64,000 nucleotides of DNA from Chrysomallon squamiferum (GCA_012295275.1 CM022668.1:3348001-3412000), one strand, 5' to 3'; shown: positions 43,853-58,245, counted from the stretch's first letter. Notes: generated from the letters alone by a model not told the origin. Translations and numbers: made by a program.

Positions 43853-46581
43853 CTAAACACGATTGATGCTGACATCTCTGGCACCATTCTCTGCTGCTCG
43901 TTTTTCCATGTTCTCTAGAAGAAATGCATTAAATCTGAGGAAGCCGGCTCGTGTTCCCTCTTTGTCCTCCAGAGAACATCCCTGAATGGTCCATTTACGT
44001 TTGTCCGTCTCAGAATCAAGTTCTAGGAACTGCGAAATCTGAACCATAAACCAGATAATGTGTTATATACTGACAGGAGATAAAACATACACAAATTCAT
44101 ATATAAAAATTTGAGTTAGTTCTTTTTGTTTTCTTTTTTAATTTCACAACTAGATTCTTATCATATACTCTAACATAATAATTATTAATTTATTATTTTT
44201 TTTACATCAATAACAGTATTTGAATTATTTATGATATGTGTGCCTGGTTGTGACCTATATGTACATATTAGATGAGTCACACTGTAAATACTTGTAATTC
44301 GGGAAACCAGAGGAAAATATCAAACAATGGAAGAGTCTATTATTAAATGCTATGAGAAGCTAAACTACTTAAATGTTGTAATTATATAATTATTTTCACT
44401 TAGCATCTGAGTAATCCAACTTTCAACAAAATGTCAAGTTGGGGAAATTTCAAATTGCATACAAAAGTTTAACATATTTCTGTATGTGACAAGACTTCAT
44501 AATGAAAAAAAGGAAAATGGCAGCCTTCGCAAATTACCAGAGACATGTCATTCATAGCAGTAGTTTATTGTAAGGAAAAAAAACTGAATGTTAAAAGTAA
44601 TCCTTTTAGAGTTTATATCCACAAATATACACACACACACACATACACATATATAAAACTGATGCAAAATATATAATTATTATTATTTTTTATGACTCAT
44701 GCCTACCTCTTCAACAGATTTAGCAGAACTTTCATTTTGATAATTGGCTAGAACCAGCAATGGTAGCCCACGGATAGATGGATGGTCTAAAGCTTTTCTC
44801 AGTTCTGTTTTTGCCTCTGCTAGTTCTGTGTCACTCCCTGCACTATTTATTACAAAAATAATTCCCTGCATGCCTTGGTAATAGCGATCCCAAAACTGCC
44901 TTACAACATCAGAGCCTCAAATATAAATATTTCAATTTTATTATTTCATAAAAAGATTGTAACAATAATTACAATAATATATATAATTTTTTTCTTCTCT
45001 CTCACAAATGATGTGTATATATATATATGGAATAGCTCTGAATAATAAAACATATTGCTGTCAGTTAGAATAAATTTAATTGTTATGATAAAAGGTTAAT
45101 GAAACAGAAAACGTAATATAAAATTATAAGAGACTTATTTAATTACCTTTACTTAAAACATGAACACTATTGTTTTACAGCTTAAAACAAATAAGGTAAT
45201 TATAATATTTATTAAACAGTGACTTACCTCCAAGTTCCTTAACTTCAAGAATACAGTCATCAAACAGAATGGCTTTAATACTAAATCCTGAAATTTTTTT
45301 TTAACAAACTAATTTATATTCAGCTGCAGTTTAAACATTATAATTAATATCCTTGAAAATATATGCTATAGAGTGCCTAATTTTCTGCCTATTATAATTA
45401 TGTCCAGACTCTATAAATGTTATCAACTTTTTACATCTTTAGGTGGATTATATTTCATGAAGTAATCATTGTCATAATCTACATGCTTATTTATATATGA
45501 ATTAATGTATATGAGAAGAAAAAAAATACAGATGTGAGTTGTTCAGTTTAGGAATGTGTTATTTTGTATGTGTCAGAGTCAGCTGACATGAGTTGACATC
45601 AATTGACATCAATCAAAAACGAAGGTGTGTTTTTCCAATTTTACAGTGCAGCACATTAGTTACAATATCCACTTATAATGGTTTGGGTGTGTGTCATGTA
45701 TATCTTTAAAATGTTAACTCTCTTACCAACTGTTGGTTCCAGTTTGTGAAAATCATCTTCACTTAACATTGCCAAGAGACTGCTCTTTCCTGCTTTTGAA
45801 AGTCCGAGACACAGCACACAGATATTTGGTCTTACAGGTGGAGGTCCCTTACAACACAGCCGCCGATATATCTATGTAGAAATTTAAACAAAGTGTCTCA
45901 CTCTACACTTAAAAATCACTGGTACCATCATTATTAATCATGTTATTACTTTATTAATGTAACATAGGTTTGTTTAAAAAAATCGCTCTCAAAGTCAAAA
46001 CAATACACCAGTGACATATCCTGTATGGCAATTACAAATACAACCCTCAGCCAATTAATCAATCAGTGTGGTTAGTAAATTCAAAATATATATATATATA
46101 TATATACTGTTGACCCTCGACTTTCTTGATTTAGAAAATCCAGACCAAATCCAGAAAAATCACAAAATTTTAACTTACTGCCATTTCCCACTTGAAACCT
46201 TACCTCTAGGTACCATTAAGTTATTCCGAGTCCCACTATATGATAACAGCATCCCTCTGTGAATTCACTTTCCATTAGCTGAAATTACATGTACTAAAGT
46301 TTAATGTTTTTGTAAATTTCAGGGTTAATATTTCCCAGACTTCTGATTTTTCTGGACTGGTGCTTCCCCCTGTTAGTCCGTGAGATCAAGGGTCAACATA
46401 TATGCTATGGTTTATTCTTTTAACTTCAATACAAATAAAAAGCTCATCTAAAATATCATAGGTCATTGTGAAGTTGTCAAGTTAACCAGTTTTGTATTTT
46501 AATCACAATTGTAATGCAAAGCTTAATTTTGTATTATTACTTTAATTAAAGGGAAATACAAATTCAAAAATATTGGTACAT

Positions 46582-46636
<55 letters not shown>

Positions 46637-46862
46637 TATATATATATATATGTGTTTAAAGAAACAAATCACAAGGGGAACGTTACCAAATTATTATTAA
46701 TATATTAAATATACATGTCATATTCTTCTTATTATTATTATGATTATATGGTCCATATGTTTACAGAAAATAAATTAAAATGGAAAAATACCGTAATATT
46801 ATATTTACCGAATATATCCCAACTCTGCACAGAGCACAAAGCAGTCTAAAATTTTCACACAT
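43853..46862 (-). CDS. ARL15: ADP-ribosylation factor-like GTPase 15 (217 aa)
   Basis: Exons 46862-46809, 45871-45727, 45287-45228, 44915-44707, 44038-43853 (654 nt). Protein MCENFRLLCALCRVGIYS|IYRRLCCKGPPPVRP..CLGLSKAGKS..PTVG|FSIKAI..VKELGG|SDVVRQFWDRYYQGMQGIIFV..LPLLVLANYQN..KRKWTIQGCSLED. LCCKGPPP and KELGG are diagnostic of ARL15. Confidence 0.96.
46107..46398. mobile_element. Short Tc1/mariner-pogo-type MITE in ARL15 intron 1
   Basis: TGTTGACCCTCGA at the left end and TCAAGGGTCAACA at the right end are inverted; the element sits in a (TA)n run. Confidence 0.65.
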
Positions 46863-48639
46863 TTTTATCCTTTATGAAGTTTTTACGTTCTCCTATTTGT
46901 TGCATCAAGTCTCAGTTATCGCCCAACAGTACACATTCCTTCATTATTTGTCGCGTTACACTAGAGGCATCCGATCTCTGCAGTGTTGCCTCGCCTGAAG
47001 AATGCTAAGCATTCATGCGTGTTCCGTTTATTCTTAAATACATGCAAGAATAATCACATTAAACAAATACAAGCGCTCATATCATTTTGACAAGTGCTCC
47101 TCTATAAATGGCGGCATGTGACATGATATGCAATAATCAGTGACGTTTATAGCATTTTATTGAAGCCATCATACTGTCAAGTTTTCGTCGAATCGGTAAC
47201 TTCGTCCTACGTTTATTTCGTTTCTTAAATGACATTTTTAAACTAATACTGTTGAATCTCGATTTAACGAACTAACATGGGGGGGGGGGAGTCTGGGAAA
47301 CAGAGAATGTAACTATTAACCCTAAAACTTAAACTTTAAACTTTTGTACACATAATTATAATAGATATATAATACCAGTGATACAATAAAGCATGCACAA
47401 TTCACAGACATAAAATCAGTGTAAACAAATGTCAAGAAAAATGACAGCAGAAAAATGTAGGCAAAATTTCATTGAGTTTGTTAAGATGGTTATGGATGCA
47501 ATTGTGAAGTATATTCTTAACGTTATGGGAAGTGGGTTCTTAGGGGACTCAGAATCACTCCATAGTACCTATATAGACTAGCCAGAGGTAAATGTTCAAG
47601 CAGGAAATGGCAGTAAGTTAACATTTTATGATTTTTCTGTATTTGGTCCGGAGTTTTTTTCGTAGGTAAATCCAGATTTGTGCTAATCAGTAGATATTGA
47701 CATCATAAACAATTATAATTTGCTGGATATTTTATTCGCACACAGATATACATACACATTAATTAATTTACTGATTAATTAAAAAGCATTTCGTTTCTAC
47801 TATTTGATAAATTTCAAATACTAATTTTGCCTTTCTTATTTTGATGCATAAAACTTATATTGATCTTCTGAAACAACGAAAATACGGTGAGAAACCCTGA
47901 AGAAAAATCTAATTATGGGAAACCACACTCAGACTCGCATACTAAACCATTTATATAATTATATACAAACCAATTGCAAAGTCTTTTTCTTGGAGTGTTG
48001 TTTGTTGATTTTAATCCTGCCAGTGAAATAACTGATTCAAAGACCTTAACTGATCTACATGAATTATTACGAAATAATATAATTGTTTATTTTTACTTCC
48101 TCTGCTTATACCATTTATTTTGTCCATTACATTCAGGTAAATAGTTAACAGGTTCATATATTCATCCCCTAGTGTCTTGAACCATCCACAAACATTTTAA
48201 TGTGATATTTGTAAATGTTATACAACAATCTGCTAATTGTCCGATAAGAAATTATTTACGGGCCAAAGATTGTCGGCCATAAAAATATCGAATTCCGCCC
48301 TTTAATTATTGGCTGAAATGTAGTCTTCTGTGAAAAATATGTAGGAATAGTGAAACTTTTCACTGGACAAAAGTTTAAAGATTTTGTGATCATTTTGGGG
48401 AATTCGTTTGTAAATCCAAAGTTTTTACTCACGAATATAATTATAAAATATTGTGATGCGAACATTTTATTATTATTATTATTTTAAATTATGGCCACTC
48501 ATAACAATTATATATATAAATAAAAAAGAACAAAACACACAGAGACATATATAATACACATGCATGTATATGTATGTACGTAAGGCATGTTTTAAGCATT
48601 CGAACGCTCGGTCCATTTGCAGACCGTCTAGATCATCTA

Positions 48640-48920
48640 GACCCCTAGAGGGGTCACCAGCCTTTTTTCTGGGGGTTGCGAGATCGTTCTTGAGCGAGGG
48701 TATGTTTTAGCTTTTTCAGCTTGACTTGGAAGGAGGAATAAATAAAAACGTATTGGGACCCATTATAGTGAATATAGATTCCTTTTGTACTGTCTTTGGT
48801 CGATGAAAATATGGTAACCCTAGATATTATTGAATCAAAATTTTTAAAGGGGTCATCAGTCATGAGTTAACATGAGTTGCTCATAAGGGGTCGCGGTTTG
48901 AAAAAAGGTTGAAAATCATG
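48640..48920. mobile_element. Degenerate hAT MITE between ARL15 and RNF126
   Basis: Repeated GACCCC/GGGGTC(G) motifs and a right end AGGGGTCGCGGTTTGAAAAAAGGTTGAAAATCATG resembling the hAT AAAAAGGTTGAGAACCACTG terminus. The left TIR is not clear. Confidence 0.55.
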
Positions 48921-49183
48921 ATGAATTTAATTTATCTTTTTGGGCACCGCGTTTCTTCTTATTTTTTAGGTATATAAATAAAGATGTTAAGCGTTAAAAA
49001 ATAATAATATATTGCGTTTCTTAAGTTGAAAACAAAATTCTCATTAACCAATTTCTTGAGTATTCAAACCTGTAAGACACCAGTTTACGAGAACAGAGGG
49101 ATCATGGGTGGACAGAACAATCTTGGATTGCTCTAAGCTGAGAGTCACGACAAAATGCAGAGGACACTTGAACGGTGAATTTA

Positions 49184-49237
<54 letters not shown>

Positions 49238-49463
49238 TGTTGTACCTACATTTTTTTTTTATTGTTAGTTTGCAGACTTGAGAGACATTTGCTAACGAAT
49301 TTCTTTTATTATATATTATTTTTTAAAGAAAAAAGTAACCTCACTTGTTCTTTCTTTCCATTTTATTTTTTTAATTTTTAATTTTTAATTATTATTTATT
49401 TATTTATTTATTTCAATATTAATGCGAAATTATTATTGCGTTCTTTCTAACGAAAAACAAATG

Positions 49464-49505
49464 TGACGTCACCCAGGAAGTTGGCTCGGTAACAAAATGG
49501 CGGAA
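49464..49505 (+). promoter_or_regulatory. Compact housekeeping promoter motif cluster of RNF126/115 (CRE, ETS, RFX-like, YY1)
   Basis: Within ~40 bp: TGACGTCA (49464-49471), CAGGAAGT (49474-49481), GTTGGCTCGGTAAC (49480-49493) and AAAATGGCG overlapping the start codon. Confidence 0.55.
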
Positions 49506-52500
49506 GCTGCAGTTGAAAGTCCTGTGGTTTCGCAGAGATTTTATTGCCACCAATGTAGTACAGAAATTTCACCGAAAATGCCAGTAAGTATTCACAGAAT
49601 TCTTTTTACTCTGTTCGTTCTTGTTTATATTCAGTAATATGTCTGGTCATACACACTTCATTTTCAGATGCCGCCTTTACGCCGTAATCCTGTAACTAGT
49701 AATACCAATAGTGGCAATACAGAATACTAATACATAGTAATAGTGTTAAGTGTTCTTTTAACTTTCTTAGTTTCTGTTAAACTATTAAAAGAGAAAAAAT
49801 AGAGAATTGATAGGTATATTACTGTATAGTTCGTACTGATTTATTTTACAGTGTTAAACGTATTTGTTTGAAATTTAACAATGTTTTGTTTCTATCATTT
49901 CATTTTCTGTGACAAAGACATGTAATGAATATATATATATATATGATATAAATATTTTTCTCTGCATTATTATATTATTGTTTTTGAGCTTATTCAGTAA
50001 ATGACAATTCTCTTGTGTGTTGTAAGAATATATTTTAATTTTTAAAAATTTTATCAATTATAAATGATATATTTGATTAAGTATGTCTTTGAATTTGCAA
50101 CACAATAATTTTGTTTGTTACATTTTGATATATTAAATTCCTCTTATTTTTTAATCTTGGTGAAAGAATATTCTGGAATATGGAAGCAGTATATGAACAA
50201 TAAATATTCATAAATTATTACAAGCACTTGCCATCATGAAAATCTAACAATTGTATTATTTTCATTCTAGGATTTGATCTGCCCAACATGTGATGGAGGA
50301 TTCATAGAACAGATGGCAGAGTAAGTATTATGTTTAACCACTGAACAAAGTCTAAATTGAATGAAATCGATTTGGAAGTGCTAATAAACATTTTTAATAT
50401 TATTTCTGATTGCTGATGAATTAGAAAAAAATCCTATCATTATAAAATGTTAATATTTATAATACACATTTTTCAGTGAACCAGAACAGCCACACAGTTC
50501 ACCTCCATTATCTACAGAGCTTGATCCTGCTGCTCAGTTTTCAGAGGTCTGAAATATTTTTCTTTAAATTTAAACCTAATCTGGTTTCAAAATAGGTGAA
50601 AAATAGATGATTAATCCTAAGTTGATGTCAGTATTGACTAAGTTACTTACAAAAAGTAATTTCTGTAAAACAAACTGATACACTAATATTGTTAATATTT
50701 TAATTCAGTTAGTAAACTAGTAGAAAAATGAAATGTCTTGATGACACTTTTTTATAGAAATGATTCCAGTTTAATAAGTTTTAATAATTTTTTGCAGTCT
50801 AAATACTAACTGTATGTGAGGCTGAATTTTACAGATGAAACTGATTTCAATAAGATGAACAAATGTTTTTGTTAGATAAATCCTAGTATCAGTTTTTTTT
50901 TATAGTCACTAAGATAACTTGTTAAGTAATATTACTAACAATTATGAAATATCAATCATTATTTTGAATGACTGAAAAAATAATTATGTCTGTCTCTGTA
51001 GCATTAATGTTTTTAATTGAATACAAAATTGTAGTGGTATCTTAGTGTATGAGTTTGAAATGAATCTAGCTAGAAAATGTTATTAAAGTTTATTTGGATC
51101 TTCACATGTTATTTTATACAAATCGCTGTTGATAGGGTATATTCTGTGTATTGTCAGTTTATCACAAAATGTTAATAATAATTACAGTAAATCCTGATGA
51201 TCAACCATGAATTACAATTTCTCATTGTTTACTTATAACAACAGAGATCTTTTGTCAAACATTGGATTAAAAAGGAAAATTATTTTATATATATATATAT
51301 ATAGCTAAAAGTATTTACAGATGTATCTGATTATTTGAAATTAGAGTTAATTCTGAACAGATATAAATATAATTTTATTTCAGATGTGGCGACGAGCTGT
51401 CTTTGATTCCTTTAGGCAGCATGTGCAGCCACAAGACGAAAATTCTGAATCAACAGCAGAATCAAGTTCAAACCCAGCTAATAATACAGAAAGCAGACAG
51501 ACCTTCCGCACTATATCCTTTCCCACAGGTGCCAGAATATCAATCCGAAGTCGTGATCAAGGCAGAAATCCATATGTGGAAGGGTAATGGTTTGTTTTTA
51601 AATTTATGCTCTGTATTAATTAAAACAAAAGTTATTTTATTAATGTTATGATCAAAAATCTTTATTTTGTCTCTCCAGTATTAACTTTTTTCATATAATA
51701 ATTAATATTATGTGGTCTCTTTAATCAACATCCTGTGCTGAAGGGATTTGTGATGGTTTTCATTTTTCATTTTTATCAGACTTGTAAATTACTTTCTAAC
51801 AAGACTTGGTGGAGAACACGTTGCTGCCCCACTGTAAGTAATAAAACATTACTTTTTACATTCAGCATTTGTACAAGTAGTTGAGTAGTGTGTTTAAAAG
51901 TTCAGAGAATGTATGAAAACAATTTTTTATTAATTATATTATCATAAAGGTGTTTCTGAGTTCTTCAGATGTTTTGAAAATGAGAATCAATTTGTTTCTT
52001 ATGAAATTACACAGAAGAATAAAAAACATTTTATGTAGAAATAAAGCATGATCAGTTTTGAATATTTTATTATAATGTTTTATTTTACAGAAACATGCTA
52101 CCGCTACATGCCAACCCTGGGGACTATGCTTGGGGTGTCAGTGGTTTAGATACAATAATCACGCAGGTAGGCATAACTTAGCAAACTAAAGAAGTGATTA
52201 CAAAATCAATTTTATTAATTAGACTGTTTGATACAAATGTTTTATAATATTAATAATTATTATTTGAAAATTGATTAATGAATGTATTAACATTTCAACA
52301 CAGTATCTATATCATTAGACATTATTAAGAAATCATTTCAGTTGATAATGAACCAACTGAATCTTTTTATGAATTATTTACTATTAGTAAACCATATACT
52401 TTTCTGTTGATCTTGAGTAACTGGTTGGTTCAGTTTTTGACTCATATTTTTATAATGAATCTATTATTTTTGATAGGTTTTTCACTGTTTGTTGACAGAT

Positions 52501-53588
52501 AAGTTGTTTGTTTCAGTTGTTGAATCAGTTGGAAGGAGCAGGAGCCCCACCTGCAGATAAGGAGAAAATTGAAAGTTTACCTAAAGTAAAAATCACCCAA
52601 GATCAAGTTGGTATGTTGGGCTAAAAAAATTTACATCAATTTTTGTCAGTAACATATAAAAATCATGAAATAAATTCAAGACATTAATGATAAAGATTTA
52701 GATTTACATCAGAATAAGAAAACATTTTTATAAAATATTCTAACATGTTTTTGTACCTATTCCGTTTGTACACATCCAGGTTATATATGTATTTGTTTTG
52801 TACATCTTTATGACAGTCTAAACTGAAATTACATATTTTATTTTTGTCTTGTACATAGAAAAGCCTTCAAAGTATTTTTTCATGATTTACATCACTGAAA
52901 AGAAAGTTTAATTTATTTTCCAGATCGGATACTGCAGTGTTCAGTGTGTATGGAAGATTTCAGACTTGGTGAAGAAGTGAGAAAGCTTCCTTGTGATCAC
53001 CATTACCATAATGAGTGTATTGAGAAATGGTTAGAATTGGTGAGTACTTACATAAACATTGTAAATACTAAGAGAATATAAAATTTACAGTTAAAATATA
53101 AACTTGTTAGACTGGTAGGCAGATAATATAAAACATTAATTATAATAAATGGCTTGAATGTAGTTAATTGCATTTCAGAATTGACTTCATTTGTAAGTGA
53201 ATATAATTTCTTCTGTTATTTAAGTAAAACATACATTTCTGACATTATTCAAACTAGTGAAAAGTTTTAATATCAGTTGCTTTTATGCCAATATGTGATA
53301 GATATTCAGGATGTAGGAAAGGTTTAAAGAGATTGCCAAAATTTCAATAGATTATATGTTACAAATTCTAATCTCAAGAGTTTATTGATGCTGTTTGTAG
53401 CGTATACTGTTTTCAACAAGTTTTGAATAATTTAATATTAAGTGTTTGTACTGTTGCAGCATGGTACCTGTCCAGTATGTAGGAAAGATTTGAATGGAGA
53501 AGATGCATATTCAAAGGATACAGAATCAGGCGTTCCATTTAGTGAAATGAATAGTGACAACTCCGATTCAGATGATGTTCATGTTTAA
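49497..53588 (+). CDS. RNF126/RNF115: E3 ubiquitin ligase RNF126/RNF115-like (291 aa; N-terminal C2C2 zinc finger, C-terminal RING-H2)
   Basis: Exons 49497-49583, 50271-50320, 50477-50546, 51384-51583, 51780-51833, 52091-52166, 52517-52610, 52924-53039, 53460-53588 (876 nt). Motifs [65 protein letters not shown] and RING-H2 [31 protein letters not shown]. Confidence 0.96.
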
Positions 53589-56417
53589 GAATGTGACTAA
53601 ACTGTTCTTTTGGATCCAATAATAAATATGTACACCAGTAATGTATTGTTTGTTACAAGAACAAAACAGACACATTAAAAAAATATGAGAAATTTATTCA
53701 TTACCAGTACAGGTGAGAAGAAGTAAGTGATCACAAAATAATTGTTGGTCTTGTGATATAATGTAAATCTAATCTGAAAACTTAACATTGTGCTTTGCGT
53801 TAGTGTGAAATGTAAACACATTTTTAAACAAAGCAATGAATTATTTTGAATTTGTTTTTTTATTTATTGTTATTATTATTATTATTATTATCATTATTAT
53901 TATTTAGGTTGATGTTATAGGCAGATGTAAAAATTAATACTTAGTTAATTAAAAGACTGTTAAAACAAGGAGGTGATTTTATTTTGTTATTTTTTTAAAA
54001 TTGTGTTACCTGCTCAGGATATGATTTTGACATGTCAACATCAATAGTTTTGAACAGAAATTTACTATTTCACATAATCTGTAAAATGTATTTAATTAAG
54101 TTATTTCTGTTCATTTTACTCTTTCTTTTTTTTATTCCATAAAAGGAATCTTTCTACATACAGAGTGAAATTTTGGAAGTTTTATATGCCAAAATAAGAT
54201 TTAGGAAAATAATCTTTGAAATAAGTCTTGGTAACACACTTAGTATAGTTTAAATTATAAATTTGAATCAAAAGAAGTTTTGCTTTTCTTTGTTTAGTGT
54301 ATTTTCAGTGATAGAAATCTTTGAAAAAAATTATAAAAGGGAATTTAAAAATGAATTTCCAATGTAAAAGTTGTATTCCAGTTTTATTTTATTCAAACTT
54401 TATGATTTTATTTGTAGTGATATATTACACTGTATAAATGTTCGAGTATTATAAAATCTTAGATTTTCAAATTGTTATTACTGTATAGATAAACTTAAGT
54501 TACAACAGTATTTTTAACTGTTATGCTGGAATGAAGCATGTGAATTTCATAATACGATAAAACATTTATTTTATGGCTTATTTGAAAATTATACTCTAAA
54601 ACTGAGTATGAATTTAGAAACATCTGGTATTTTTGTGATCAGAATTCTTTTTGATGTTTTAGGTTCAGAGTATGAGGTGTTGACTAACTTCAGCTTACTA
54701 CTGTCAACATCCACATTAATATGTACCTAGTATATCATGGAACTTGACATTAAAAGCTGGATTTCCAGTCACAGAAAGATCTCATATTCTAATATATACC
54801 ACAGCATTACAGATTAGTTGAACTAGTAAAACTTTATTAAAAGTAATTTTAATAATGTTTGTTATTTTTTCATGACTGGCAGAAATATTAATATATCCTT
54901 ATTATTATTATTATTTAGATAAATTAAACTTGATTATTAGAAAAATGAATAATGTTTTATTTCTTAAAGATATGTTTCTTAACAGGTTTTTAAAAATTGT
55001 ACAAGTTACAAGTATACCATTAACAAATATTAAAATACTAATATTTGCTGATAATGCTATTCTTGTATGCTTTTCATTTAACTACTATCTTTTCAATATT
55101 GATTTGTCTGAAACTAGATTGAAAGATGCATTTTAATTTTATAAATTAACTTCATTTTTAAAATTCTTATTTAATTTTACTTAATATTTATAAAGAAGAA
55201 AGATAAACTACCTTGATCATACATGTTACAGTATAAATATTAATAGTGAATTTTGAACTTTAATACTATTTATTTTTGGTGGATAGTTTATATACACTTA
55301 AGAAATGTACAGTGTTGTTTACAAATTTATACCAGGCAATTGAAAAAAGAAAGAAAAATGTTTTCATATTTGGAACTAAATATAAATACAGTTACTTATT
55401 TAAGATACAAGAAAACGGGATTTATCATGTCACATATTTAAAATAAATAAATAAATAAAAAAATAATTTATAATTTAACATAAGCAACTAGTTTAATATA
55501 CAATAGGACAGACTTCAGCAAAAGGTATTTAAAAACTGAAATTTAATAAAAACTTTCACTGTCTAGAAATTTACTTCCAGCAGTGTTTTTCATTTCTTCA
55601 TGAGCAATATCAGTAAAAAAAAATTATATTTGTTTTTATTATTTGTGATTTTAACTGTTTTGTTGCAGGTTATATATATATTATTATTTTTATTTTTTAT
55701 TATTTATTTAGTTATTTTTGATTTTATTGTTTTTATATATATATATTGCTTATTTTATGAAGTACATGTTTTGTTATTTTAAACTTTGGTTGTGTACAAT
55801 GTTCTTCATTTCTTTGTAAATAATTTAGCATTTTGATCTTTATGCATGGCATTTTACTGGATATTTGCACCATCTTCTAACATAATAAATTAATATTTGC
55901 CCACTCAGACTTCTTTTTCTAGAAATATTATTATTATGAGCTATACATTATTTATATGTAATAAAACAGATAAATTATTTAAACAAAGTATTTTCATAAC
56001 AGATTTAATTGCTTTGGTTTCTTTTTCAATTCAGCAGCATGTGTAAAGATACATCAACTAAACATACTTGAAAATGTTTTTAGTAAATGTTTTTTTTTTT
56101 TTTTTTTTTTTTTTAACAGAAATTAACTGAGGTACAGTCATAATTTGTTATAAAACGAACTCCTCTGATCTGTAGTATTTGTTACATTAACAGTTGTTTT
56201 AATATGGCCATTTTACTGGTTAGTAAATTTAAACAATTTAGTCTTTAAATAGTCAAAAATAAATAAGACATTTAATATGCTAATTTCTTCAGAACTGTTG
56301 TTATAAGTTCAATTTGAGCCCCTTTTTTTATTATTATTGTCTAAATTTTGCTGAAATTGCTCAAAGTTGGAATTTTTAAGGTTTTATATTTTATTTATTA
56401 CTCAAGATGTTTTTTCA

Positions 56418-56481
<64 letters not shown>

Positions 56482-58245
56482 CATATTATATTTGAACAAA
56501 GATCTTTGCTTGCAGTTGTATTAGTTCATAGTTTGAAATTTATCCCTTGACAAACAACAAATACAACAAAAAATTGTCAGAATAATCAGTATGGTTTCGA
56601 TTATGTTGCTATGCTACTGTAAATAGGTGGGTTTTTTTTTTGTTTTTTTTTTTTTTTCGTTTTCTTTAATTATTTCTCTCTCCTCGTTTCTCCTTTCTAT
56701 TGAATCTTTGTTACATACCATTAAATAAAGGTTGGAATAATATCTCACCGTCTGCTATTTTTTATTCTTGACACAAAAATTATATTTTGTAAATTACTAT
56801 TAAAAAATATTTTGGGTAGCTGTAATTTTATTAAATGTATATATCATTTTAACAGAAGTAAAAATATTTATATTTTTACGTTACGGCATTATTTAACATC
56901 CATTGACGTCAGCGAACGAAACTACATTACGTCATGCAAAAAGTCATGAACATCGTAATTTTCAGAAGTTTGTTGTATTGAAGAACGAAGTCACAATGAA
57001 AGGAGGTAAGTATGCTCTTGTTTTGTCTTTAACGACCTTTAAATATGAACATACATCGTTAGACTTACTATCGACAGTGACAGAATAATTCAATTAATAA
57101 ATTGTGATTTCAGACAAGCAATGCAAGAACGTTGTATGGGTTAACTTCCAAGCTTAAGTAATACTATAGGTATGTCAGAAAGAAAAAAAAAAATAGAAGA
57201 AAAATTAAAAAATAATAATAATAAAAAGACCTTTAAAATGGTACCAAGATATTTTTGATACGTCAATTATTGTGTTAGGATTTTTCATTTGAATAAAAAA
57301 ATAAGGCGTTTTCTTTTTATTTTTTCTCTTTCTTTTTCTTTTCTTTTCTTTTTAAAATTTGTTTTTAAACTTTCTTAAAGGGAAAAGAGAGCCCATTTTC
57401 TGGTAAACTGATAGTTAAAGTAATCTTAATTGTCTAAGGATGAAAATAATCAAAAAACAGCTCGATGTAAATTAATGTGTAAAAATACAGGACAACACAC
57501 GATCGCTCGTTTGCACACATATACAACATACAAGTAGCAGTGCTAATGTATTTCTTTTATATATTATTATTATTGTCAAGCAAAGATGTATTTTATATGA
57601 ATCGAAAGACATGAAAAAACAACACAGAAAAAGTTTGAAGATACTTGAATTTTTTTACAAAGATATCGCATTTCAAAGTAGATAAAAATCCAGACTCCAA
57701 ATGTAGGTATTACGTTTTCAAAAAAAGAACCTTAAGTCACAAAACCTTACTTCAAAGGTAGCTTGGCACGATCTATTCAATGAAGTGTTCTCGTTATAAA
57801 GACCTTAAAAGAGGTAGACTTGCTGAATTAAATGTGTTTTTTTGCCTGTATAAATACTAGATCTTGCCTCGTAAGACTTGCTCGATTCAGATGGCTTATT
57901 AATTAAAAAAAAACACCAAAAAAAATCGAGATTATTTGTCAAACACAAGGCTGAATGTAAAAGAAGATAGATATTGCATTTTCCATTTAAAAAATCTTTA
58001 AGCTTAATCGACCTTTTCCGTTGATACGATTTTTATTTCTAACATTCACTTGTCATTTTTCCCTATTTCCTGATTCATTGCAACTGACATGTAACTCACA
58101 TGCATTAACGAAAATACTGTCAAGGTTTCGAAAACTGATCTTTTGGGTTTTGATACACATCTTTTTCGAAATGTTTTTCTCTAGAAAATTCGGCAAAGTG
58201 TGAACTACGTCAAGAAAATGTTTCTTTTATGGGTTTCTAAAGCTT

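Noticed and set aside
47249-47705. Second MITE beginning CTGTTGAATCTCGATTT
   Set aside because: The left end resembles the 46107 element, but there is no convincing right TIR.
56996-57010. ATGAAAGGAG|GTAAG as a first coding exon of the coiled-coil gene
   Set aside because: Phase 1, whereas the acceptor at 58563 needs phase 2; it would be out of frame with the long ORF.
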